A DNA stretch of 64,000 nt, from IMG/VR virus record IMGVR_UViG_3300010373_000002, positions 32,001-96,000 of that record; one strand, 5' to 3'. Made by a program: the position numbers and the translations under genes. Source of the stretch: a virus. This document shows, in pieces, positions 18,861-27,341 of the stretch. The stretch's first letter is position 1. Each line of letters begins with the position of its first letter. Under the pieces are notes generated by a model. The model did no database searches, was not told the DNA's origin, and was given only the letters and a program-made list of their open reading frames with translations.

Positions 18861-19169
18861 ATGTCCGCTTTGCTCACGCACACGCTCACTCCCGAAGGTC
18901 CGGTCGGCGACAGCGCCCAAGTCGAACTCGATTACACGGTGGACGGAACCGGGGCCGCTCCCATCGTCAATCCCGTCTCCAGCCCGTTCGAGATCGACCT
19001 CGCTCCCGGCCAAGTCTTCACGGGAACCGCGTCGTTCATCTCGCCGACCGGCGTCAAGAGCGACCCGACCCCGGTCCTCTCTTTTACCGCCGTTGACGAC
19101 ATCAAGCCGGCCGCGCCTTCCGATCTGAAAGTGACCGGCAAGGTAAAAAAATTGCAGGCGGCGGTCTGA
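18861..19169 (+). CDS. putative Ig/FnIII-like virion protein
   Basis: beta-rich; DDIKPAAPSDLKV resembles an FnIII linker. Confidence 0.55.
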   Translation: MSALLTHTLTPEGPVGDSAQVELDYTVDGTGAAPIVNPVSSPFEIDLAPGQVFTGTASFISPTGVKSDPTPVLSFTAVDDIKPAAPSDLKVTGKVKKLQAAV

Positions 19170-19189
19170 AACTTTGGGTTGCTCTTGCC

Positions 19190-19393
19190 GTGTCCATCGC
19201 CACGTCTCTTTACGAGGTTTCCCATCCCGGCGAAACCGTAACCACGCCGGACGCACCGCCGACCGCCGCCGCAGTCAAAGCGCTTGAGGACGAATTCGAG
19301 GGCTTGCTTCGCCTCAACGCCCAACTCTCCAAGGCGGCGGAGGCGGCGAAGCAAGAGAAACAACCCGTTAAAGCGACCACCGGACCTTCATAA
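19190..19393 (+). CDS. hypothetical protein
   Basis: 67-aa ORF in operon orientation. Confidence 0.45.
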   Translation: MSIATSLYEVSHPGETVTTPDAPPTAAAVKALEDEFEGLLRLNAQLSKAAEAAKQEKQPVKATTGPS

Positions 19394-19415
19394 AACGACT
19401 TATAAAGGGAATAAG

Positions 19416-19748
19416 ATGTCACTACTCACCGACGCGCCCTCGGTTAATTTTTGCAACAACCAAATCCGGCCGTTTTGCGACGTCTACGGCAAGGCAATCC
19501 AAGCGGCGATGCTCTTGGACGCCCAGTGGAACGCCAAAGGTCTTTCGGTTTCCATCCCCAACGACGCCGCCGTGATCATCGCGGACGGTTCTCAGGCCGG
19601 AGCCTTGCCCCAACCGGACGGGCGCACCTCGATCACCGGGGCCGACGTTCACAACGTCATGCTCGACGCCGAGGCTTTGATCGCGAACGTGCAAGCGAAT
19701 CAAGGCTTGATCCAATCGCAAATCGTCAAGCCCGCCGTGAATATCTGA
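19416..19748 (+). CDS. hypothetical (probable virion) protein
   Basis: ATG 19416 after AAGGGA; DGRTSITGADV motif. Confidence 0.7.
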   Translation: MSLLTDAPSVNFCNNQIRPFCDVYGKAIQAAMLLDAQWNAKGLSVSIPNDAAVIIADGSQAGALPQPDGRTSITGADVHNVMLDAEALIANVQANQGLIQSQIVKPAVNI

Positions 19749-19752
19749 AGTC

Positions 19753-19917
19753 TCAAGTCTCGACCAAATAAGCCGTCAAGAAAAACAGCGAGACGATCGC
19801 CGCCGCCGAGCCGACAAGCAGCGGAGTCGCCCGCTCGAATACCGCGCCCGCCGCTCCCAATAAAAGCAATCCGGCGAAGCAGAAAACCGGAATCAAATCG
19901 AATGCTTTTGATCTCAT
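19753..19917 (-). CDS. 54-aa two-TM membrane protein, antisense to the late operon
   Basis: MRSKAFDLIPVFCFAGLLLLGAAGAVFERATPLLVGSAAAIVSLFFLTAYLVET; AAAGGA RBS; fills an intergenic gap; absent from ORF track. Confidence 0.65.
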   Translation of the reverse strand: MRSKAFDLIPVFCFAGLLLLGAAGAVFERATPLLVGSAAAIVSLFFLTAYLVET

Positions 19918-19996
19918 AAAATTATCCTTTTGTGAATCCGCCGAACACGACGACTCTTCTCCATTCTACGCGCGGAAACGGAAATAGGGACACCCC

Positions 19997-21688
19997 ATGG
20001 CCTTTAATGTCAAAGCCGCCGTCGAAGTCAACTCGTCGGGGGCCGATACCAACGGCGGCGGTTTCGACATCGGGGCCACTTTCGCGACCGACTTGGCCGC
20101 GACCGTCGCCAATACGTCCGCTCCGGTCGTGACCGCCGCCTCTTACACCGGCGGGTTCGTCGCCGGAGACGTGGGAGCCTTTCTTTATATCGCCTCGGGA
20201 ACCAATTGGATTCCGGGATTTTATCAGATCGCCTCCGTCGCGGGCGGAGCGGCAACCCTTTCGGCCGCTTGCGCCACCGTGGCATCGCCGACCGCCGGAA
20301 CTTGGGGTCTCGATTACTCGCGATCCACGTCGCCGCGCATCTCCTACGTCGATATGGCGATCGACCCGACCACTAACACCCAATTCACTTCCTCCACTAA
20401 CGCCGTCCTGCCGAATATCGTCGGCAACTATATCAAGGTCGCCTCGGGAACCGGATTCACGGTCCAAGTCGTCGAAGTCGTCTCCGTTTCCGGCGGAAAA
20501 GCGACATGCGACAAATCGCTGGGAACCCTCTCATCGACCGGAGGACACGGCGCTCTCGGCGGGGCCTTGGCGACGATCAACGCCGGGTTTGCTCTCATCA
20601 TCGGCTCGAACCACCTTTGGATCAAGAGCGGCAACTATACGACGGCGACCACGATCTCCACGTCCGTCTCCGGCAACGATACGCTCACGACCGGGCCGAC
20701 GATGATCTCCGGCTACAAAACGGTGCGCGGCGATATCGGTTATGGGCCGCTCGGCCTGAACGCTTCGAGCAGGCCCGTCGTGACGGCCACCGCCAGTTCG
20801 TTAAACGTGATCCAGACCAGCGGTCAATTCACGATCATCGAAAATCTTGTCGTCGATTCGGTCGGCGTCACGTTCTCGGCGAACACTTGCATTACCGCCA
20901 CAGGCGCTTACACGAAAGTAAGAAACTGCCTGTTGAAAAACGGATCGAACGCAGGCGTTGCGCTCGGAGGCCAATTCCAGGCGCTTGAATACAGCGAAAT
21001 CCTCGGCATGGTCGGCTCGAATCCCGCGATCAACGTCACCCAAGTCAGCACCATTGTTTACGGCTGTTCGGTCCACGACAACGCGGGCGACGGCTTCCAC
21101 TCGACGAACACCGGCGACATCATTCTCAACTCCCTGTTCGCCAACAACGCGGGCGTGGGCATCAACCTGGGGACGTTCGGCGTCGGCCACTTCATCATCG
21201 GCAACACGATCGTCGGCAGCGGCTCGCACGGCATCGGCAACCCCTCGCTCGTGTTCGGCCAGTTGGTGATCCGCGACAACATCATCGCCGACAACGGCGG
21301 CTGGGGCATCTTGGCCGTATCCTCGGGAAGCGTTCCCGACGATCCCATGTGGGACGGCAACCTCTACTACAACAACACGTCGGGCGCGATCGGCAACCTT
21401 GTCTCCGGCGCTCTCAACGCGGTCCCTTACACTCATGTCTACGACGTCAATCCGGCCTCGGCCGATCCGGTCACGTCGCACACCTCGGGCACGGCCAATT
21501 TCCCCACCGATAACTTCGGCCCGGTCACGACAGCGGGACCCAAGGCGGCGACATGGCTCTCCGCGTTCCCCGGCAACACGGCCACGGCCAACTATCGCGA
21601 CATGGGAGCCGTCCAGCATCAAGACGCGGGAAGCGGCGGTTCGCCGGGCAGACCGTTCTTCGTGCGGGGCAGCGTCATGCCGACCTAA
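19997..21688 (+). CDS. right-handed beta-helix spike/fibre protein
   Basis: repeats SVHDNAGDGF, LFANNAGVGI, IRDNIIADNGGWGI; C-terminal DMGAVQ. Confidence 0.8.
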   Translation: MAFNVKAAVEVNSSGADTNGGGFDIGATFATDLAATVANTSAPVVTAASYTGGFVAGDVGAFLYIASGTNWIPGFYQIASVAGGAATLSAACATVASPTAGTWGLDYSRSTSPRISYVDMAIDPTTNTQFTSSTNAVLPNIVGNYIKVASGTGFTVQVVEVVSVSGGKATCDKSLGTLSSTGGHGALGGALATINAGFALIIGSNHLWIKSGNYTTATTISTSVSGNDTLTTGPTMISGYKTVRGDIGYGPLGLNASSRPVVTATASSLNVIQTSGQFTIIENLVVDSVGVTFSANTCITATGAYTKVRNCLLKNGSNAGVALGGQFQALEYSEILGMVGSNPAINVTQVSTIVYGCSVHDNAGDGFHSTNTGDIILNSLFANNAGVGINLGTFGVGHFIIGNTIVGSGSHGIGNPSLVFGQLVIRDNIIADNGGWGILAVSSGSVPDDPMWDGNLYYNNTSGAIGNLVSGALNAVPYTHVYDVNPASADPVTSHTSGTANFPTDNFGPVTTAGPKAATWLSAFPGNTATANYRDMGAVQHQDAGSGGSPGRPFFVRGSVMPT

Positions 21689-21698
21689 AGGAGTTGCC

Positions 21699-21791
21699 GT
21701 GCTCGCCGATTCCATGTGGGTTCTCGGTTCCTGTTACGTCCTCGTTTTGACGCTCGTTCTATTCACGTTCGCGGCGAGAGAGGGAGACTAA
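21699..21791 (+). CDS. 30-aa single-TM peptide
   Basis: AAGGAG RBS, GTG start, WVLGSCYVLVLTLVLFTF; ends 1 nt before protease gene. Confidence 0.55.
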   Translation: MLADSMWVLGSCYVLVLTLVLFTFAAREGD

Positions 21792-21792
21792 T

Positions 21793-22683
21793 ATGTTTGT
21801 TCCCGGATGGAATCCCGACTTTCGCGATCAAGCCTTGGAGACGATGAAGACGGAAGGCGTCAAACTCTACCGCTCCGGTTTTCGAGCGACGCCCATCCCC
21901 AAGGCGATGTCTTTGTCATCGAAGATGATAAGATATGCAAACCAATTATCCGCAGGAACGTGCTGGGTCCACGGTCCTATTCAGGCGGTTGAAACGACCG
22001 GCAATCGTTTCGGCTTGGACGTCTTCCCGATCTGTCGGCGATTAGTCGGCTGGATCGGCAAACAGTTGGAAGGCGACGACGGCAATCCATCGGACGGCGG
22101 CAGCGGTTATGACGCCTTTATGGCGATGACTCGTAGGTTCGGCGGCGTCGCTCACGAATCGCTCTGTCCGTACACCGACAACGAAACGATCCTCGGCAAA
22201 AAGCCGCCCAAGAAAGCGTTCGAGGACGCCAAGGATCATTGGCTGGACACGATCGTTCGCGTCGAGAACTTGGACGACGCGAAACAGTGGATCGCACGCG
22301 GTCACGCGGTCGCGATCGGCTCGTGGTGGCCGACCGACTGGCAGGAACCGGACGCGATCAAGCGGTATGTCGGCGACGGCGAGTACGGCCACGAAAGATG
22401 CTTGGTAGGCTATGCCGAGGCGGGCGTGTTCGACCGGCACGAATACTTCGAAGAGATCAACTCTTGGGGCCTCGTTTACGATCCGTTGCCTACCGATCTC
22501 GCCGCCAAGGTTCCCGGCTACAAGTCGTGGACGCCCGATAAATCGGCCGGATTTTGGGTCCAAAGGGAATGCGAGGAAGAGATCACCGAAGGCAAGGGAA
22601 ACGCCGAATTCTCGACGATGACGAATCTGGACAATTTCAAACCTTTGGGCGAGGAAGTCTTCGAAATCATGGGAGCGTACTAA
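21793..22683 (+). CDS. papain-family (C1) cysteine peptidase 1
   Basis: NQLSAGTCW (oxyanion Q, catalytic C), GHERCLVGY (H), INSWG (N). Confidence 0.85.
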   Translation: MFVPGWNPDFRDQALETMKTEGVKLYRSGFRATPIPKAMSLSSKMIRYANQLSAGTCWVHGPIQAVETTGNRFGLDVFPICRRLVGWIGKQLEGDDGNPSDGGSGYDAFMAMTRRFGGVAHESLCPYTDNETILGKKPPKKAFEDAKDHWLDTIVRVENLDDAKQWIARGHAVAIGSWWPTDWQEPDAIKRYVGDGEYGHERCLVGYAEAGVFDRHEYFEEINSWGLVYDPLPTDLAAKVPGYKSWTPDKSAGFWVQRECEEEITEGKGNAEFSTMTNLDNFKPLGEEVFEIMGAY

Positions 22684-23280
22684 GTGAAACTTCTCATTCT
22701 CTTGGCCGCGATCCTCGGACTAGGGGCCGGCCCTAAGACTCCGGTCTCGGGCACGATCCACGTCACTCAAATCTACTCCGACATGGCGACGACGCGGAAC
22801 TCGGTGGACCTGCAAATCGACAAGCCGACCCGCCGCTCGCTCGCCGCCGGCCAATGTATCTTTCGCGGTCTGACTATTTCCGACCCCTTGGTGACGAGTC
22901 TCGGCTATCAACCGACGATCCAGAACACTTTGATTCCCTTGGTCGTGTTTCAGGATAACTCGGGAGCTATCCTCGGGGCGATCCACGATCCCACTCCGGC
23001 TCAAGTCGTCGCTTATGTCGCCGGATTGCGGGCGATCACTCCGACGCCGACTCCCAACCCGACACCCACGCCGCCGCCGACTCCCGTTCCTCCTCCCGTG
23101 CCGCCGCCGATTCCGCCTCCGGTCCCGACGCCGACGCCGACGCCTCCGCCTAGTCCCTCGCCTTCTCCGTCGCCTTGCGTGATTTACGTGTACGTGACCG
23201 TGAACGTCAACATGGCCGCCGCTCAAGCTCCGACCTATTATCCTACTCCGACTCTTTATTATGTTCCGTGGTATAGATAA
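22684..23280 (+). CDS. secreted protein with Pro/Thr-rich linker
   Basis: signal peptide MKLLILLAAILGLGAG; ~45-aa PT/PPP tract; lies between the two peptidases. Confidence 0.8.
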   Translation: MKLLILLAAILGLGAGPKTPVSGTIHVTQIYSDMATTRNSVDLQIDKPTRRSLAAGQCIFRGLTISDPLVTSLGYQPTIQNTLIPLVVFQDNSGAILGAIHDPTPAQVVAYVAGLRAITPTPTPNPTPTPPPTPVPPPVPPPIPPPVPTPTPTPPPSPSPSPSPCVIYVYVTVNVNMAAAQAPTYYPTPTLYYVPWYR

Positions 23281-23293
23281 CATAGGAAGTATT

Positions 23294-24112
23294 ATGTTTT
23301 ACATATCATCGGATACATCTCAAGTAAAACCGACCCCGAGCATCTACGCCGGCGGCAATTGGCGGTCGCTCTCTCGGAAAGTCTCGAAACATCAGAAACC
23401 GTGCCGCCATTTCGTCGCCGACCCGGCAACCGTTCTTCCCGCGTCGATCGACTTGGACGTGCTTAACGCGCCCATCTTGGATCAAAGCCAATACGGCTCG
23501 TGCGGCGGTTGGTCCACTGCAGGGGCCTTGATGCTCGCCAGGAACCTTGCAGGCCAAGACGCCGAGGAATTGTCGGGTAGTTATATCTACTCGTATACCA
23601 ACGGCGGCGTCGATCAAGGCTCGGCGATTTCGGACGACGTGGACGCGGCGACGACATACGGAACCTGTAGCGATTCGCTTTGCACCGCCGACATGATCTA
23701 CCGCTATCAGATTCCCGCCGGAGCCGACACGCAAGCGAAACGGTTCCGCATCGGCGACTCTTTGGCGCTCACCGACTCCACGCTGTTCCAAGCGGCCCTG
23801 GCGGCGGGGCGACCGATCGTCTGCGGTATCGAGGCCGGGCCTGACTTCTCGAACCTGGATGCAGAAGGCGTGCCGCCGGTCTCTCAAGGTCAAGGAAACC
23901 ACGCGGTCTGCCTGGTCGGCTACTTGACGCTTCCCTCGGGCCGATTCGCCTTCAAGATGCGGAACAGTTGGGGAGCGGATTGGGGCGTGAACGGCTACTG
24001 CTACTGCTTGCCGCAACACTTCTCCTCGGCCGATCAATCCGACTCAAGAGCGATCGTCTCGGCCTTGGACGATCCCCAAGATTCCTCGATACCTCCAGTC
24101 GTGTCCGCCTGA
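23294..24112 (+). CDS. papain-family (C1) cysteine peptidase 2
   Basis: LPASIDL, DQSQYGSC, GNHAVCLVGY, RNSWGADWGVNGY. Confidence 0.92.
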   Translation: MFYISSDTSQVKPTPSIYAGGNWRSLSRKVSKHQKPCRHFVADPATVLPASIDLDVLNAPILDQSQYGSCGGWSTAGALMLARNLAGQDAEELSGSYIYSYTNGGVDQGSAISDDVDAATTYGTCSDSLCTADMIYRYQIPAGADTQAKRFRIGDSLALTDSTLFQAALAAGRPIVCGIEAGPDFSNLDAEGVPPVSQGQGNHAVCLVGYLTLPSGRFAFKMRNSWGADWGVNGYCYCLPQHFSSADQSDSRAIVSALDDPQDSSIPPVVSA

Positions 24113-24166
24113 TATTCGCCAATTCGCATCTCTCTGAACTCGCGCAAAGCGAGAGCGAGCGCAACC

Positions 24167-26899
24167 ATGAGCAACGCGATCGGCAATATGTCCGCCGGAG
24201 GCGGCGGCGGTTCGTCCACCGCTTTAAGTTCGGGGCAGAACGTCTACGACGTATCGAAATACGGCGCGCTTCCCGACCCCGGCCACAGCAATTCGCTCAA
24301 AGGGGCAATCGACACGATCAGCGGTCTCGTCGGGTCCGGCGACCCGGTGACGATTTATATACCATCGGGCACTTATACGATTTTCGACTCGATTTGGCTG
24401 CCGTCCAATCTCTGTTCCGTCGTCGGCCAAGACATGCAAACGACGGTGATCAACGGGTTCGGCTTGCCCGCGTTCATCGTCGGTTTCCCCAAAGAGTACG
24501 GCAACCAACCGATCACGGCGGGTCACTGGCCGGCGATGCCCACCGCGCCGGGAGTCACGAACGGCATGGATTCGGCGTGGGCCAACGGCATTATCGGCAA
24601 TCGCAAGGGATTCGCGATGTACGACCCGGCGACGGGTTTAACGAATCCCGATTTGCGGTACTTTTATTTTCAGAACACGCCGATCACCCAAGGTCTCACG
24701 AACGACTATTGGACCGTTACGAATAAGTTCACTTTAGAACTTGCCGCCCTTCATCGCACCGCTTCGCCGACCGCGAGCGTGCCCGCGATCGGGCCGGGAC
24801 TGCCGCCGCTCGGCTACGGCGTCTGCTTGGCGAATTTCACCAGTCCGAGCATGACTCGGCCTTGGTCCGTCTTGGCTCAAGGAATTCAAGGGAACGTCGT
24901 CTCCAGCGCCGCCAACTCGGTCACGATCACGAAAACCTCGTCGGTCTTGGGGATCAACGGCGGCAATATTCCGGTCGGCTCCTTGATCCAAGTGACGACG
25001 GGAACCGGCGCGGGCCAGATCAACCAAATTACCTCGATCACTCCCTCCGGCGGCAATTTGATTTTTGCCGTCCAAAACTCATGGAACGTCAACCCCGGAG
25101 CAGGCGCGACCGTGGTGGTTCTTTGCGGCTTCTCTATCTCGGTCAATATCGCCACGACGCCGCTTTGCGATGGACAAATCCCCGGATACGACCCCTCGCA
25201 AGACGGCACTCAAAGCGGAATCGGCTTGATGTTCCCGACCGGCATGGGTGCTCAACTCTCGGCATTGACGTCGGCGAATTCGATCTGGCGGTTCAAGTTC
25301 CAACTCGATCTCACCGCGTCTTCCTTGGCGAATCTCGCTCAAGGCTGGGTCTCCATCAATGGGTCGGCGTCGGGAAGTTTCGCGCAAATGACGGCGGTCA
25401 GCGGTCCCGCGCTGCCTTTGCCCAATCCGCATTTCGTCGAAGCGTCGTTCGGCTTCGTCAGCGTCGGCGCGCCGATCTTGCAACCGCAACTCCAAATCTT
25501 CCCCGGCTATTCGATGGTCCCGTTCGTCTCTTGGAACGGCGGCGTCACCCCCACGTTTACCGCAGACCAAAAGGCCGCTCTGCCGGGTTGGGACGTCACC
25601 TTGCTCGGTATGTCGCTGGTCGCGGGAAACTCCGGCGGCAACGTCTACACGACCGCCGCGACTCTGGCGCTCAACACGAGCGGACCTCGGCCGACCGGAA
25701 CGATCGGCGACAACTTCTCTTACGGCCCCTCCGGCGTGGCGAACATGCTGGCTTGGCTCCCTTTCTCCGACCCCGGCCTTACCGACTCGTTCGGCGGGCG
25801 AATGGCGGCGATCACCCCGCTCGGCGGCTCGGGAACTCGGGGCATCGTCTTGCCGATGATCTATTTGGGCGACAACTCGACGCCGATCGGCAATCAGTGC
25901 AGCGTGTCCAATCTTACCGTCAGCGGCAGTTCCAACCCCTCGGTCGGCATGGCGTTCTGGGCCGGTCCTTGCTACGACATGCACTTCGATAACATCTATG
26001 TGAATTCGTTCCAGAACGGCATCTGCCAAGTCCCGTTCAACAACGGCTACATCTTGGACGTCAGCTTCCTCGGGACCAAGAGTTGCGCCGACGCGGGAAT
26101 GTTTCTCTTCAATACATACGGTCGGATCAAGAATTACCACACGACCTCGCAACGTACCGGACTCCGCTGCGTCTCGGCGACCTTGGAGGTCGGCACATGG
26201 ATCAACGGCAACGTGGTGGCGGGCCTCCATACGGCGAGAGGCCATACCGGCGAGTATAGTTCCTCTTGCTTATTCATGGAATCGTTCATCAACGACAACG
26301 AGGCGCAGTTCGGCACGCCGGCCGCGTCGATCGCCATCATCGACTACGACAACGGGCCGACCAATTCGGTCACGGCCTTGCGACTGCCGAACCTCAATCT
26401 TTCGAGTCCGAGCGGCATCGCCCCTTATATCAAGCTCCGCAATATCGTCCCCGCCGGTTGCAGTACGCTCCGCTTGACCGGCCCGGCCTGTTCGCCTAAA
26501 GGCGCTCCACTGGTCCAGATGGTCGGCGGCAACACGGGATGGGACGGCGTTATCGAAGACGTCAACTTCAACACCGTCTCGCCCGACTTCGACTACACGC
26601 CCATTCTCGATTGCACCTTCGGACCCCGCACCAGCCGCATCCGGCTCGAAATTTACTTGGACGGCCTACCGATCGCCGGACCTTGGGCGGCGGGAGCGAC
26701 CGTAATCAAGATTCGCGCGAGCGCCTTGCTCCCCGGTATGCCGACCTCTTTCGTCTGCGTCCAAGGGGGTCAATACGGCACGAACTCGCCGCCGGTCTGG
26801 GACGCTCGCGACCCTTACTCGCCCGATGGAACCAACAACGCCATTTGGATGACGACCACAAGAACCAATTATGGTTCATGCACCATTACAGGTTTATAA
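24167..26899 (+). CDS. large tailspike-like protein with pectate-lyase-3-type N-terminus
   Basis: VYDVSKYGALPD..AID..IYIPSGTY..I.LPS; G/S/T/N-rich 910 aa. Confidence 0.75.
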   Translation: MSNAIGNMSAGGGGGSSTALSSGQNVYDVSKYGALPDPGHSNSLKGAIDTISGLVGSGDPVTIYIPSGTYTIFDSIWLPSNLCSVVGQDMQTTVINGFGLPAFIVGFPKEYGNQPITAGHWPAMPTAPGVTNGMDSAWANGIIGNRKGFAMYDPATGLTNPDLRYFYFQNTPITQGLTNDYWTVTNKFTLELAALHRTASPTASVPAIGPGLPPLGYGVCLANFTSPSMTRPWSVLAQGIQGNVVSSAANSVTITKTSSVLGINGGNIPVGSLIQVTTGTGAGQINQITSITPSGGNLIFAVQNSWNVNPGAGATVVVLCGFSISVNIATTPLCDGQIPGYDPSQDGTQSGIGLMFPTGMGAQLSALTSANSIWRFKFQLDLTASSLANLAQGWVSINGSASGSFAQMTAVSGPALPLPNPHFVEASFGFVSVGAPILQPQLQIFPGYSMVPFVSWNGGVTPTFTADQKAALPGWDVTLLGMSLVAGNSGGNVYTTAATLALNTSGPRPTGTIGDNFSYGPSGVANMLAWLPFSDPGLTDSFGGRMAAITPLGGSGTRGIVLPMIYLGDNSTPIGNQCSVSNLTVSGSSNPSVGMAFWAGPCYDMHFDNIYVNSFQNGICQVPFNNGYILDVSFLGTKSCADAGMFLFNTYGRIKNYHTTSQRTGLRCVSATLEVGTWINGNVVAGLHTARGHTGEYSSSCLFMESFINDNEAQFGTPAASIAIIDYDNGPTNSVTALRLPNLNLSSPSGIAPYIKLRNIVPAGCSTLRLTGPACSPKGAPLVQMVGGNTGWDGVIEDVNFNTVSPDFDYTPILDCTFGPRTSRIRLEIYLDGLPIAGPWAAGATVIKIRASALLPGMPTSFVCVQGGQYGTNSPPVWDARDPYSPDGTNNAIWMTTTRTNYGSCTITGL

Positions 26900-26908
26900 G
26901 GACACATC

Positions 26909-27328
26909 ATGGTTTCCACGGGCTTTCTCACCGATTTGATCGCCAACGATTTGCAGGCGTCGATCTTCCACGGCGCATCTTTTCCGGCGTTCCCGACGAA
27001 CCTCTATCTCGCCCTCTCGCGGGTGAACCCGAACCGGCAAAACGCGATTCCCGCTCCGTTTACCGAACTAACCGGCAGCAATTATTCGCGAACCTTGATC
27101 GCTTGCACTTCGGGAAATTGGACCTTAAACGCGACCGGCCAAGCGTACAACACGCTCCAAATCACGCTTCCCGTGCCGACCGCTCCTTGGCTGACCGTTT
27201 TCGGCTGGGGCCTCTACGACGCTCCGACCGGCGGCACTCTTTGGTGGTGCGGAAATCTGCCCGGATTAGTGTTCACGACGACTTCGGCCCCGATCATCGC
27301 CGCAGGCGCTCTCATCCTCCAAATCTAA
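26909..27328 (+). CDS. virion minor/fibre-associated protein
   Basis: LYLAL..ELTGSNYSR..ITLP..W.TV..GLYDAPTGGTL pattern common in phage structural genes. Confidence 0.75.
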   Translation: MVSTGFLTDLIANDLQASIFHGASFPAFPTNLYLALSRVNPNRQNAIPAPFTELTGSNYSRTLIACTSGNWTLNATGQAYNTLQITLPVPTAPWLTVFGWGLYDAPTGGTLWWCGNLPGLVFTTTSAPIIAAGALILQI

Positions 27329-27341
27329 GAAAGAGGAAACG

